A program made the translations under genes and the position numbers. Shown in pieces: positions 49,476-59,612 of a stretch of DNA of 64,000 nt (the stretch's first letter is position 1; each line of letters starts with the position of its first letter). The stretch lies in the NCBI GenBank assembly GCA_947499715.1, contig CANMPL010000008.1, positions 56,507 through 120,506 on the forward strand, in the 5' to 3' direction. Source of the DNA: an uncultured Rhodobacteraceae bacterium (GTDB lineage: Bacteria; Pseudomonadota; Alphaproteobacteria; Rhodobacterales; Rhodobacteraceae). The notes beneath the pieces were generated by a model that was not told the DNA's origin, made no database searches, and worked only from the letters and a program-made list of their open reading frames with translations.

Positions 49476-50675
49476 ATGCGCCTTGCGACCTTCCTGCTGA
49501 CGATCCTGCTGGCCCTTCCGGCTGCCTTCGCATCCGCTCAGAACTTTGCCCCCGCGATCACCGTCGATAACAAGGTTATCACCGTGTTCGAACTGGAACA
49601 GCGTCGCAAATTGCTGGAACTGTTCCGCACACCGGGTGATCTGGACAAGGTCGCCCGCGAACAGCTGATCGACGACCGCCTCAAGCAAATCCTGTTTGAC
49701 CGCAACGGTGTCAGCATCCCACCCGAAGCGCTCGCCACCGAGGTCGAAGCCTTCGCCGGTCGTGCCAACCTGACAACCGAACAATTCGTCACCATTCTGG
49801 GTCAAAACGGTGTGGCCCCGGAAACGCTCGAAGAATTTGTGCGTATGGGCGTGATCTGGCGCGACTATGTCCGCGCCCGCTTCGGCAATTCCGTTACGAT
49901 CACCCAAGCCGATATTGACCGCGAATTGGGCCAGTCCGGCCAAGGCGCAGACGGGATCGAGGTTTTGCTGTCCGAAATCATTATCCCCGCACCGCCGCCG
50001 CGTGCAGCCCGGGCCAATGCGATTGCCAGTGACATCGCGCAGACCCGGTCAGAGGCCGCGTTCTCAAGCGCAGCACGCCAGTATTCCGCCCTGCCTTCGC
50101 GCAACAATGGCGGGCGTCTGGGCTGGCTGCCGATCTCTAATTATCCGCCACAAATTCAGGGCCTGATCCTTGGCCTGTCCAAGGGCGAAGTGACAGCCCC
50201 CATCGGCATTACCAATGGCGTCGCCCTGTTCCAGATGCGTGGCATCCGCGAAGTCGCCTCGGCCCCCAAGGCACCGACCTCGATTGAATACGCAGCCTTC
50301 TACATGCCCGGCGCCGGCACAGAGGCAGGCCGCAACGCCGCCGCCCGTCTCGCGCTTGATGTGGACGTCTGCGATGACCTTTATGGCGCAGCGCAGGGCC
50401 AGCCCGCTGATGTGCTGGAACGCAACGCCTCTGCTCCGTCCGAAATTCCGCAGGATATCGCCCTTGAACTGGCCCGCCTTGACCGGGGCGAGGTTAGCTA
50501 CAACGTCACCCGCGGCGACAACATCGTGTTCCTGATGCTGTGCGAACGTGTGACAGGTGATGGCTTTGGCGGTGATCGCGACGCTGTCGCCAGCCGTCTG
50601 CGCAGCAGCCGCCTTGCTGGCTTTGCAGAGGCGCTCTTGGAAGAGATGCGCACAGCCGCTGACATCAACGGCTGA
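49476..50675 (+). CDS. surA: SurA-like periplasmic chaperone / peptidyl-prolyl isomerase
   Basis: A signal peptide, a SurA N-domain, and one parvulin-like domain. It sits in the lptD-surA-pdxA-rsmA context. Confidence 0.85.
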   Translation: MRLATFLLTILLALPAAFASAQNFAPAITVDNKVITVFELEQRRKLLELFRTPGDLDKVAREQLIDDRLKQILFDRNGVSIPPEALATEVEAFAGRANLTTEQFVTILGQNGVAPETLEEFVRMGVIWRDYVRARFGNSVTITQADIDRELGQSGQGADGIEVLLSEIIIPAPPPRAARANAIASDIAQTRSEAAFSSAARQYSALPSRNNGGRLGWLPISNYPPQIQGLILGLSKGEVTAPIGITNGVALFQMRGIREVASAPKAPTSIEYAAFYMPGAGTEAGRNAAARLALDVDVCDDLYGAAQGQPADVLERNASAPSEIPQDIALELARLDRGEVSYNVTRGDNIVFLMLCERVTGDGFGGDRDAVASRLRSSRLAGFAEALLEEMRTAADING

Positions 50676-51604
50676 TGTCGACCGCCCCCATCGTCATCAG
50701 CTGTGGTGAACCCGCTGGCATCGGACCAGAGATTGCCGTGGCCGCATGGGCCGCGCTGCGGGACGAAATACCGCTGCAATGGATCGGGGATCCCCGTCAC
50801 CTGCCCGCTGATACGCCGTCGGATTTTCCGGTCTGCGCCAGCGACTTTGGCGCCCCCCGCACACCCGGCATCCCCAACCCGCTGCACGCCCAGGGCGTGA
50901 TAGATGCCATCGCGGGCGGGGTCGATATGGTAATGACCGGTCAGGCCCGCGCCATCTGCACCGCGCCGATCCACAAGGCCGCGCTGAAGGATGGCGCGGA
51001 TTTTCCCTATCCCGGTCATACCGAATACCTCGCGGCCCTCGCGGACGACGTGCCCGTGGTGATGATGCTCGCCTGTGACGCGCTGCGTGTGGTCCCCGCA
51101 ACCATCCATATCCCGCTGGCAGAGGTCCCGGTGCAGCTGACCGCGCGGCTTTTGACCGATACCGCGCTGATCACCGCCCGTGCCCTCAAACGTGACTTTG
51201 GAATCGCCGCCCCGCGCATTGCCGTCGCGGGCCTGAACCCACATGCGGGCGAAGATGGCAAAATGGGGCTGGAAGAGATTGAGATGATCACCCCCGTCAT
51301 CACCGCCCTGCGTGCGCAGGGGCTTGATATCTTTGGACCACTCTCGGCCGATACGATGTTTCACCCCGCCGCCCGCAGCCGCTATGATGCTGCCCTGTGC
51401 ATGTATCATGATCAGGCGCTTATCCCGATCAAGACGCTGGACTTTTCGGGCGGGGTGAATGTGACACTGGGCCTGCCGTTCATTCGCACCTCACCTGATC
51501 ATGGCACCGCATTTGATATTGCAGGCACCGGTGCGGCGGATGCGACATCAATGATTGCCGCATTGCGGATGGCTGCAAAAATGGCCGATGCCCGTGCCGC
51601 GTGA
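50675..51604 (+). CDS. pdxA: 4-hydroxythreonine-4-phosphate dehydrogenase
   Basis: GEPAGIGPE, GHTEYLA and RTSPDHGTAFDIAG blocks. Confidence 0.95.
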   Translation: MSTAPIVISCGEPAGIGPEIAVAAWAALRDEIPLQWIGDPRHLPADTPSDFPVCASDFGAPRTPGIPNPLHAQGVIDAIAGGVDMVMTGQARAICTAPIHKAALKDGADFPYPGHTEYLAALADDVPVVMMLACDALRVVPATIHIPLAEVPVQLTARLLTDTALITARALKRDFGIAAPRIAVAGLNPHAGEDGKMGLEEIEMITPVITALRAQGLDIFGPLSADTMFHPAARSRYDAALCMYHDQALIPIKTLDFSGGVNVTLGLPFIRTSPDHGTAFDIAGTGAADATSMIAALRMAAKMADARAA

Positions 51605-51606
51605 TC

Positions 51607-51663
51607 CGATTTTTCGTCGAAAAATCGTAGCCTCCGGCGGGGATATTTTTGAACCAAAGAAAG
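51607..51663 (+). repeat. Bipartite dispersed 3'-end repeat, copy B (the best copy)
   Basis: CGATTTTTCGTCGAAAAATCG, then TAGCCTCCGGCGGGGATATTTTTGAACCAAAGAAAG. It starts 3 nt after the pdxA stop. Confidence 0.8.
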
Positions 51664-51670
51664 ACCAGAC

Positions 51671-52504
51671 GTGATCGATGATCTGCCCCCCCTTCGCCAA
51701 GTGGTCGACAGCCACGGGATCGCTGCGAAAAAATCGCTCGGGCAGAACTTTCTGCTGGATCTTAACCTCACGGCCAAGATTGCGCGGTTGGCGGGGGATT
51801 TATCGCAGACCGATGTGCTAGAGGTCGGACCCGGCCCCGGTGGCCTGACCCGCGGGCTTTTGGCCGAAGGCGCGCGGCGGGTGCTGGCGATTGAAAAAGA
51901 CCCCCGTTGCGCCCCGGCCCTGCAACAGATCAGCGACCGCTATCCTGACCGGCTGTCGTTCGTGGTGGGTGATGCGCTGGATGTGGATGTCAGCCAACAC
52001 CTGACCGCACCCTACAAGATCGCCGCCAACCTGCCCTATAACGTCGGCACCGAACTGCTGGTGCGCTGGCTGACACCCCCCACCTGGCCGCCGCAATGGT
52101 CGTCCCTGACGTTGATGTTCCAACGCGAAGTCGCGCAACGCATCACCGCGCAGCCAGGGTCCAAGGCCTACGGTCGTCTTGCCCTTTTGGCACAATGGCG
52201 CAGTGATCCCCGCATCGTACTTGATCTGCCGCCAGAGGCGTTCAGCCCCGCGCCCAAGGTCTCTTCTGCTGTGGTGCACCTCACGGCCCTGCCCGCGCCC
52301 CGCTATCCGGCCAATGCCGCCACCCTTACCCGTGTCGTGGCCGCCGCCTTCAACCAGCGCCGCAAGATGCTGCGTTCCGCGCTCAAATCCGTCTCGCCCG
52401 AGATTGAGGATCATCTGATCGCCGCTGGCATCAAGCCGACAGAACGCGCCGAGCAGGTGGGGTTAGAGGCGTTCTGCGCCCTCGCGCGCAGCCTTGACGG
52501 CTAA
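51671..52504 (+). CDS. rsmA: 16S rRNA (adenine1518/1519-N6)-dimethyltransferase
   Basis: [21 protein letters not shown] and ANLPYNVGT blocks. GTG start. Confidence 0.95.
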   Translation: MIDDLPPLRQVVDSHGIAAKKSLGQNFLLDLNLTAKIARLAGDLSQTDVLEVGPGPGGLTRGLLAEGARRVLAIEKDPRCAPALQQISDRYPDRLSFVVGDALDVDVSQHLTAPYKIAANLPYNVGTELLVRWLTPPTWPPQWSSLTLMFQREVAQRITAQPGSKAYGRLALLAQWRSDPRIVLDLPPEAFSPAPKVSSAVVHLTALPAPRYPANAATLTRVVAAAFNQRRKMLRSALKSVSPEIEDHLIAAGIKPTERAEQVGLEAFCALARSLDG

Positions 52505-53106
52505 CGCGACCGCGCCACGATCATGCAGTTCTGACTGCCCCGTGGCACCATATCGCAGCTGACAATCTCGAACCCTGCGGTGCGCACCATGCGTTCAAGT
52601 GCCGCCGGAGGGATCATCGTCATCTTCGGGCGGCGGCCCAGCATCTGCCGCATCAGATCAGGCAGCCGCAGCGCCTGCGATGTGCCCTCAACCGTGACTG
52701 TGCGCGATAACAATAAGCCGCCGGGCCGCAGCAACCCATGTATCCGGCTGAGCGCGTGGGGAATGTCGTCCAGCGTGTGCAGCAGATCAATCGCAATCAC
52801 CGCATCAAGATGGCGCGGCAGGCTGGCGTCCTGCGCTGACAGGTTCACACATTCCACATTCTTCAGATCACGCGTCCGGGCCTGTGCCACCGACACCAGA
52901 TCATCCTCCGCGTCGCTACAGATGTAGTGGCTGACGAACGGGGCAAGTGCCACGGCAAATCGGCCATCGCGACCACCCAGTTCAAGAACCGTGTCGTCGG
53001 GATTCACAAAACTCTGGAGTCTTTCGATCGTCGCCTGACCAACAGGGCAAGCAGGCTGCATCCCAGCCGCGTGCGGGCCGGTGGCCTGCGAAATCTCGTC
53101 TGTCAT
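52501..53106 (-). CDS. Class I SAM-dependent methyltransferase
   Basis: Motif [12 protein letters not shown]. The ATG at 53106 has GGGAGAG upstream. Its stop codon overlaps the rsmA stop on the other strand. Confidence 0.8.
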   Translation of the reverse strand: MTDEISQATGPHAAGMQPACPVGQATIERLQSFVNPDDTVLELGGRDGRFAVALAPFVSHYICSDAEDDLVSVAQARTRDLKNVECVNLSAQDASLPRHLDAVIAIDLLHTLDDIPHALSRIHGLLRPGGLLLSRTVTVEGTSQALRLPDLMRQMLGRRPKMTMIPPAALERMVRTAGFEIVSCDMVPRGSQNCMIVARSR

Positions 53107-53238
53107 GCAACTCTCCCGGATCACACGCATGGCCCATTCCCAGCCATGAAAACGCTTACCTTAGGGTCAGGTCCGGGAAAACCTGACTTTCAGACAGGTG
53201 CAACGATAAAGGCCCCGCAATTCTGCGCGGCCCTTTGG

Positions 53239-53763
53239 TTATTCGGCGGCTTCCGGTGCGCTGCCCGGATCGGGCTGCGGTGGGGCATCCTTGGGCGGAC
53301 GCGGCTTGCGCTGCCTTGGCTTGCGCGGTGGCTTGGCATCCTGCGTCGGTTGCTCTTCGCCGCGCGCCTCTGGTGTCTCGACAAGGCCGCTGTCGGGCTG
53401 ATCGCCGCCGCCTGCGGCCTCTTCCTGCGCCCGCAACCGCTCATTACGCTCGCGGTCACGCTCTGCCTGACGCTGGCGGTTCTGTTCTTCCTGCTCTTCG
53501 CGCTTGGCATCCACCTCGCGCTGCGCCTCGGCCAACAGCCGGGTATAATGCTCTGCGTGCTGGGCGTAGTTCTCCGCATCCACGCGATCCCCCGACAACA
53601 CCGCATCGCGGTGCATCTGGTTGTATTTCTCGATGATCTGCTGCGGCGTGCCGCGCACTTTGCCATCCGGACCGGAGCTGTCAAAAACCCGGTTGATAAT
53701 ATTCCCGCCTGAGGGACGGTTATTGCGGTTCTTGTTCCGCGACCGCGACTTCGAAGATCTCAT
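53239..53763 (-). CDS. DUF4167 domain protein (basic, Arg/Lys/Glu-rich)
   Basis: The N-terminus RNKNRNNRPSGGNIINRVFDSSGPDGKVRGTPQQIIEKYNQMHRDA is typical of DUF4167. Confidence 0.75.
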   Translation of the reverse strand: MRSSKSRSRNKNRNNRPSGGNIINRVFDSSGPDGKVRGTPQQIIEKYNQMHRDAVLSGDRVDAENYAQHAEHYTRLLAEAQREVDAKREEQEEQNRQRQAERDRERNERLRAQEEAAGGGDQPDSGLVETPEARGEEQPTQDAKPPRKPRQRKPRPPKDAPPQPDPGSAPEAAE

Positions 53764-53950
53764 GATGTGCTTTCGTCAAGCCTGTGGCAAATGTTGCGCT
53801 TTATGGGCATCTCGCAGCAGTGCGACGCATGGACCCAAGCGATGTGTGGCGACATGTCATGGCGAGCGGCGTGCTCAACCTTAGACGCCCTTTAAGAAAC
53901 ATGAAGTTGCGACCAACACAAGCCTAAAACCCTTAACAGAGCGCTAAAAG

Positions 53951-54799
53951 TCACGCATTGCGCGGTTTTTCACCACTCACGACCCTGTCGCGCCCGTCCA
54001 GATCCGCCACAACGCGGATTTCGGCAAAGCCTGCGTTTTCCATCATCTGCGCGACTGCTTGCCCCTGAGTCGGCCCGATTTCAACCATAAGGCGACCACC
54101 GCGCACCAGATACGCCTGCGCCCGAGCACTGATGATCCGGTAACACGCCAGCCCGTCGCCTTCGTCCGTCAGCGCCATGCGCGGTTCAAAGTCGCGCACC
54201 TCTGGCGCCAGCCCCGGCATCTCGTCTGCGGCAATATAAGGCGGGTTGCTGACGATCAGGTCAAAATCCGCCCCCGATGGAACAGCCTCAAACCAGTTGC
54301 CTGCGTGAAACTGCACCCGGTCGCTGACCCCTAGCCTTGCCGCATTGCGCCCCGCAATCGCCAGCGCATGGGGCGACAGATCGGTGCCAATGCCAAAGGC
54401 CTCAACCCCCGTCTCGGCCAGCAGCGTCGCAACGATGCACCCTGACCCGGTGCCCAGATCCAGCACCCGAAGAAACGGACGTTTCAACGCCTCGGCCACC
54501 AGCGTTTCCGTTTCGGGTCGGGGGTCGAGCACATCGGGCCCAACCTCAAACGTGCGGCCGTAAAAGGCGCGTCGCCCGGTCAGATGCGACACCGGCACGC
54601 GGCGGCAGCGTTCCGCGATCATCTGCTCAAAGGCGGCAACCTGCGCCACCCCCATCGGATCGGGCAAGATCAGCGTCACGCGGCCTGCATCAATTTCCAA
54701 TGCATGGGCCAGTAAGCGCCGCGCATCGCGGGCTGCCCCCTCAACACCGGCATCCTGTAAGGTCGCGACCGCCTTGGCCAAGGCCTCTTGACCGGTCAC
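53951..54799 (-). CDS. prmC: Release-factor glutamine N5-methyltransferase
   Basis: NPPY motif ([11 protein letters not shown]) and SAM motif [10 protein letters not shown]. It overlaps prfA by 4 nt. Confidence 0.93.
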   Translation of the reverse strand: MTGQEALAKAVATLQDAGVEGAARDARRLLAHALEIDAGRVTLILPDPMGVAQVAAFEQMIAERCRRVPVSHLTGRRAFYGRTFEVGPDVLDPRPETETLVAEALKRPFLRVLDLGTGSGCIVATLLAETGVEAFGIGTDLSPHALAIAGRNAARLGVSDRVQFHAGNWFEAVPSGADFDLIVSNPPYIAADEMPGLAPEVRDFEPRMALTDEGDGLACYRIISARAQAYLVRGGRLMVEIGPTQGQAVAQMMENAGFAEIRVVADLDGRDRVVSGEKPRNA

Positions 54800-55851
54800 G
54801 CGCCCATCTCGGCCAGCAGCGTGGCCTGCGCATCCGCTTGCAGTGCGTCAATGATCTCGTCCAGATCGCCCTGCATCACCTGCGCCAGGCTATAAAGCGT
54901 CAGGTTAATCCGGTGATCCGTCATCCGCCCTTGCGGGAAATTATAGGTGCGGATCCGCTCTGACCGATCCCCTGACCCGACCTGCGATTTCCTGTCCGCC
55001 GACCGCTCGCTATCGACCCGCTGACGTTCAAGATCAAACAGCCGCGTCTTCAGGACCTGCATCGCAATCTCGCGGTTGCGGTGCTGTGATTTTTCCGAGC
55101 TCACCACGATAATCCCGGTCGGTTCGTGCAAAATGCGCACCGCCGAATCTGTGGTGTTCACATGCTGCCCGCCCGACCCTGACGCGCGCATCGTATCAAT
55201 CCGAATGTCGCTGGGGTTAATCTCAATATCCACGTCCTCGGCCTCGGGCAGCACCGCAACCGTCGCGGCAGAGGTATGGATCCGCCCGCCGCTTTCCGTC
55301 TCGGGCACGCGCTGCACCCGGTGCACACCGCTTTCATATTTCAGCCGGGCAAAGACCCCCTCGCCCGCGACCCGCGCCGTCACCTCTTTGACGCCGCCAA
55401 GCTCGCTCAGCGATTGTTCGAGGATCTCAAAGCTCCAGCCCTGCTTTTCGGCATAACGCTGATACATCCGCAAAAGATCGCCCGCGAACAACCCTGCCTC
55501 ATCCCCGCCCGTGCCGGGCCGGATCTCAAGCAAGGCAGGCCGCCCGTCGGCCGCATCTTTCGGCAAAAGTGCCAGTTGGACATCGCTTTGTGACTGCTCC
55601 AAAGCGGCGCGCAGATCCGGCAATTCCATTTCTGCCAGCTCTTTCATCTCGGGATCGTCCAGCATCGCCTCTGCATCGGCAATCTGGCTCACCAGCGACT
55701 GGTAGTTCTGCACCGTCTCTACCACGGGCTTCAGATCGCTGTATTCCTTGGCAAGTGCCGCGATATCGCCGCCATCAACGCCGCCGGACATCTTCGCCTC
55801 CAGAAACTGGAAACGGTCAATGATCTGGGCGATGCGGTCCTGCGGTATCAT
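54796..55851 (-). CDS. prfA: Peptide chain release factor 1
   Basis: PET tripeptide ([15 protein letters not shown]) and GGQ (SGSGGQHVN). Confidence 0.97.
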   Translation of the reverse strand: MIPQDRIAQIIDRFQFLEAKMSGGVDGGDIAALAKEYSDLKPVVETVQNYQSLVSQIADAEAMLDDPEMKELAEMELPDLRAALEQSQSDVQLALLPKDAADGRPALLEIRPGTGGDEAGLFAGDLLRMYQRYAEKQGWSFEILEQSLSELGGVKEVTARVAGEGVFARLKYESGVHRVQRVPETESGGRIHTSAATVAVLPEAEDVDIEINPSDIRIDTMRASGSGGQHVNTTDSAVRILHEPTGIIVVSSEKSQHRNREIAMQVLKTRLFDLERQRVDSERSADRKSQVGSGDRSERIRTYNFPQGRMTDHRINLTLYSLAQVMQGDLDEIIDALQADAQATLLAEMGA

Positions 55852-55882
55852 CCCTTGCAGATGCCGCCCTCGCGCGGTTTCG

Positions 55883-56329
55883 TCAAGACGGCGTCACCAC
55901 CAGCGGCCCCAATTGCGCCAGCCAGCCTTCGACCCGCGCTTTGTTGACGCCCCAGTCGTATCCGGCAAAGCGCGCCCGGCTGCGCACAACAAACAGCGTG
56001 CCATCATCACCTTCCAATGCCTCGATCGTGATATAATCGGGAAATCCGATGACGGCGCTGCGCGTGACATAGGAAATCCGCCCTTCCGCCACATCACCCG
56101 CCAGCACCTGCGTGCGTGGCGTGGCCCGGATCATCCGGTCCGTCGCGGTCAAGATCCCCTCGCCCGTTGTTGTGATCTGCCGCGTGGCGACGAACCGTGT
56201 GGATGTGCTGACATCGCCAGGTTCACTCGCACGACTTGCCGTATGAACCCGCGCCGGGTCAATCGGTGCAAACCTAATGACACCCATCCCGGCCAAGGCC
56301 AGCAGTGCCAAAAGCACGATTATTTTCAT
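55883..56329 (-). CDS. DUF1499 domain protein with an N-terminal signal/anchor
   Basis: [11 protein letters not shown] ... [21 protein letters not shown] matches the DUF1499 pattern. Confidence 0.7.
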   Translation of the reverse strand: MKIIVLLALLALAGMGVIRFAPIDPARVHTASRASEPGDVSTSTRFVATRQITTTGEGILTATDRMIRATPRTQVLAGDVAEGRISYVTRSAVIGFPDYITIEALEGDDGTLFVVRSRARFAGYDWGVNKARVEGWLAQLGPLVVTPS

Positions 56330-56356
56330 GATGCCAAAGCCTTCTGCCTGTCTGCC

Positions 56357-57298
56357 TTACCGATATGGCACGCCCGGCAGGATCGACAAGAGCTCAAACA
56401 TCAAATTGGCGCCGGTCAGCGCCGTGTTTCCGCTGGTATCATAGGGCGGCGAAACCTCGACCAGATCGCAGCCCACAATGTTCAATCCTTTCAACCCTCT
56501 GATCAGTTCCATCGCCTGCGGTGTCGTCAATCCGCCAATCTCCGGCGTCCCAGTTCCCGGCGCATAGGCCGGATCAAGCGAATCTATGTCGTAGGTTATA
56601 TATGTGGGGTGGTTACCAATCTGTTCACGGATGCTGTTTGCCAATGGTCTCAATGACTTATGCCATAATTCCGGCGCCAAATACTGGTTGAACCCCCAGC
56701 CCGCCGCCTCGGTGAAATCATCCGCCGTATAGCCAGTCCCGCGCAACCCGATCTGGTGCACCTTATCGGCGACAATGATCCCCTCTTCATAGGCGCGGCG
56801 GAACACCGTCCCATGGGTCTCACGCTCGCCAAACATCTCATCATTCACATCCGCATGGGCATCCACATGCACAAGCGCGACGGGCCCGTGCTTCTTGGCA
56901 ATCGACCGCAGGATCGGCAGCGTCATCGTATGATCGCCCCCCAGCCCCATCGGGATCACATCATGCTTGAGGTGCGCGTCATAAGTCTCTGTAATAATAC
57001 GAATAGTATCGCTGAGGCTAAATGTATTCACCGCAATATCGCCAAGGTCCGCGCATTCCAAAGCGTCAAAAGGCGCGGCCCCCGTCTGAATATTATAGGG
57101 CCGGATCATCGCGCTTTCCTGCCGCAACTGTTTTGGTCCAAATCGCGTGCCTGACCGCCAGCTTGTGCCAATATCCATCGGCACCCCGATGAACCCGACA
57201 TCCAGCCCCGCAGCGCTGGCCGCCTCTGGCAGGCGCATGAAAGTCTGCGGCCCGGAAAACCGCGCCAGATCATTCCCGGAGATTGGCATCGCTGGCAT
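56357..57298 (-). CDS. Ureohydrolase, guanidinobutyrase/guanidinopropionase/agmatinase type
   Basis: Arginase-fold Mn ligands GGDHT, DAHADV and DIDSLDP. SGTRFGP ... MIRPYN..TGAAPFD resembles GbuA/GpuA-type enzymes, from memory. Confidence 0.85.
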   Translation of the reverse strand: MPAMPISGNDLARFSGPQTFMRLPEAASAAGLDVGFIGVPMDIGTSWRSGTRFGPKQLRQESAMIRPYNIQTGAAPFDALECADLGDIAVNTFSLSDTIRIITETYDAHLKHDVIPMGLGGDHTMTLPILRSIAKKHGPVALVHVDAHADVNDEMFGERETHGTVFRRAYEEGIIVADKVHQIGLRGTGYTADDFTEAAGWGFNQYLAPELWHKSLRPLANSIREQIGNHPTYITYDIDSLDPAYAPGTGTPEIGGLTTPQAMELIRGLKGLNIVGCDLVEVSPPYDTSGNTALTGANLMFELLSILPGVPYR

Positions 57299-57300
57299 GA

Positions 57301-58266
57301 TTATTTCCTTTTATTCCAAAGCGCTAAACAACAAAGCTCCATCGCGACATGTGCCCCCGCAATCGCCGTGGCCCCGCTGGTGTCAAACTGCGGCGAGACC
57401 TCGACAACATCACCGCCCACCATATTGATCCCGGCCAGATCGCGCAGCATCGCCGCCGCCTGCCAGCTGGCCAGCCCGCCCCAAACCGGCGTGCCTGTCC
57501 CGGGCGCAAAGGCCGGGTCCAGCGCATCAATGTCAAAGGTCACGTAAGTTGGATGCTGACCCACAATTTCCTTCACGCGCTCAACGACATAGCCCGCACC
57601 CTTTTCGTGGCAGGTCCGCGCGTCGATATAGGGCATCCCGAGGTAATCGTCGCATTCCGTCCTGATCCCGATCTGCACCGACCGCGTCACATCCACCAGC
57701 CCCAGCTTTACCGCCTTATACATAAACGTCCCGTGGTCGATCCGGTCCATGTCGTCATCGGCCCACAGATCGCTATGCGCATCAAATTGAATGACCGACA
57801 TCGGCCCGAACTTCGCCGCGTAAGCCCTTAATATCGGGAGCGTAATGAAATGGTCACCCCCCAGCGTGACCGTCCCCGGACCCTGCCCGATGATCCCTGC
57901 GATATGCGCCTCCAGCAGCCCCGGAAAGCTCGGCGTATGGGCATAATCGAACGCCACATCGCCGTAATCCACGATGGCAAATTCCCCCAGCGGGTCAAAC
58001 CCGTCCCAGCCGTAGGGCGGGTCATAGGGTTGCAGCGTGCTCGCCTCTCGGATCGCGCGCGGGCCAAACCGCGTGCCCGTGCGGTGCGTCACCGCCTGAT
58101 CAAAAGGCACGCCGGTCACCGCCAGATCAACGCCCGTCAGATCCTTGGTATAACTGCGCCGCAAGAACGACGTCGCCCCGCCAAAGGCGTTTTCATACCC
58201 CAGCCCCCGGTGATCCTTCCGCGTAAACGCCAGATCAATTTCCTTTTTGGCATTGTCCAATGTCAT
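57301..58266 (-). CDS. Ureohydrolase, agmatinase (SpeB)-like, second paralogue
   Basis: GGDHF, DAHSDLW and DIDALDP Mn-ligand blocks. It is clearly diverged from the downstream paralogue. Confidence 0.85.
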   Translation of the reverse strand: MTLDNAKKEIDLAFTRKDHRGLGYENAFGGATSFLRRSYTKDLTGVDLAVTGVPFDQAVTHRTGTRFGPRAIREASTLQPYDPPYGWDGFDPLGEFAIVDYGDVAFDYAHTPSFPGLLEAHIAGIIGQGPGTVTLGGDHFITLPILRAYAAKFGPMSVIQFDAHSDLWADDDMDRIDHGTFMYKAVKLGLVDVTRSVQIGIRTECDDYLGMPYIDARTCHEKGAGYVVERVKEIVGQHPTYVTFDIDALDPAFAPGTGTPVWGGLASWQAAAMLRDLAGINMVGGDVVEVSPQFDTSGATAIAGAHVAMELCCLALWNKRK

Positions 58267-59612
58267 CCGATCTTCACCCCTTCGCGCACCAGCGCATCCG
58301 TCACGTCCACAATCGCCGCACCTAGATTTTCAACAACAAATTCAATCTGTTCTGGTGTGATAATCAAGCTCGGAGACATCACATTCAACGCCCCAATCGG
58401 CCGCACCAGCAACCCGCGCGCCTCGGCCGCGTCACTCACCCGTTTGCCGATATCAATCGCATCGGGCAACGCCCGCTTGGTCACTTTATCGGCCACGTTT
58501 TCCACGCAGCCAATCAGCGTATGCCCCCGCACATCCCCTACAATCGGGAGATCCCGCAGCGTCGCCAGACCCTCTTGAAACAAGGCCCCCATCCGGGTCG
58601 CATGATCCAGCAACCCCTCGCGCGCAATGATCTCGATATTCTTCAGCGCCGCCGCACAGGCCACCGGATGTCCCGAAAACGTAAACCCTGACGTATACCA
58701 GCGATCCCCCGCCATATCGGCCCATAGGGCATCAGAAAAGATAACCGCACCAATGGGTTGGTAGCCGCTGCTCAACCCCTTGGCGCAGCAAATGATATCG
58801 GGCTGCACGCCATAAACATCCCAAGAGGCAAACCAATTCCCCAACCGCCCAAAGCCGGTCACAACTTCATCGGCAATAAACAAGATGCCATGCCGCTGGC
58901 AGACCTCCCATATCGCGCGCAAATAATCATCAGGCGGTACCAACACCCCGCCAGAGGCCTGAATAGGCTCTGCGAAAAACGCCGCGACTTTTTCGGCCCC
59001 GACCTCGGCGATCTTGGCCTCAAACTCCGCCACCAACGCCTCGGTGGTCGCGCCCTCGCGGTAGACATAAGGCGCAGAAACATGGTGGATCGTGTCGGTC
59101 TTATAGGTAAACTCTGCGGCCCGGTCGCCGTTTCGCATCCCCACCGACATCGCGACAAAGGTCGATCCGTGATAGGAATGCTGCCGCGCGATCACATGGG
59201 TGCGCCCCGTAAACCCCCGTGCGGCCTGCACAAATTGCGCCATCCGGTAGGCGCTATCAATCGCCGTCGACCCGCCCGTGGTAAAGTGGACCCTATTCAA
59301 ATTCCCCGGCGCGATCTCGGCCAGTTTCGCCGCCAATAGCGCCGCAGGATCATTGGTCATATCCACGAAAGTCGACGAAAACCCCAGCTTTAGCGCCTGA
59401 TCCGCAATCGCCTGCGCCATCTCTGCCCGGCCCAACCCGATGTTGGTGCACCAAAGCCCCCCCACCGCGTCCAGATACCGCGTGCCGTGATCGTCCCACA
59501 GGTAGCACCCTTCCCCGCGCGAGATCACCATCGGGGCCGCGGCCTCAAAGCCGTCGAAATGGGTCCAGGGGTGCAGGCTGTGCGCCTGATCTAATGCCGC
59601 GAGGTTGCTCAT
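58263..59612 (-). CDS. Class III (omega) aminotransferase
   Basis: ADEVVTGFGRLG and the PLP-lysine block CCAKGLSSGY. 449 aa. It overlaps both neighbours by 4 nt. Confidence 0.9.
   Translation of the reverse strand: MSNLAALDQAHSLHPWTHFDGFEAAAPMVISRGEGCYLWDDHGTRYLDAVGGLWCTNIGLGRAEMAQAIADQALKLGFSSTFVDMTNDPAALLAAKLAEIAPGNLNRVHFTTGGSTAIDSAYRMAQFVQAARGFTGRTHVIARQHSYHGSTFVAMSVGMRNGDRAAEFTYKTDTIHHVSAPYVYREGATTEALVAEFEAKIAEVGAEKVAAFFAEPIQASGGVLVPPDDYLRAIWEVCQRHGILFIADEVVTGFGRLGNWFASWDVYGVQPDIICCAKGLSSGYQPIGAVIFSDALWADMAGDRWYTSGFTFSGHPVACAAALKNIEIIAREGLLDHATRMGALFQEGLATLRDLPIVGDVRGHTLIGCVENVADKVTKRALPDAIDIGKRVSDAAEARGLLVRPIGALNVMSPSLIITPEQIEFVVENLGAAIVDVTDALVREGVKIG

Noticed and set aside
53764-53950. 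A possible sRNA or riboswitch in the 187-bp leader of the DUF4167 gene.
   Set aside because: I could find no convincing conserved-looking fold, terminator or known riboswitch core by eye. It needs covariation or expression data before any claim.
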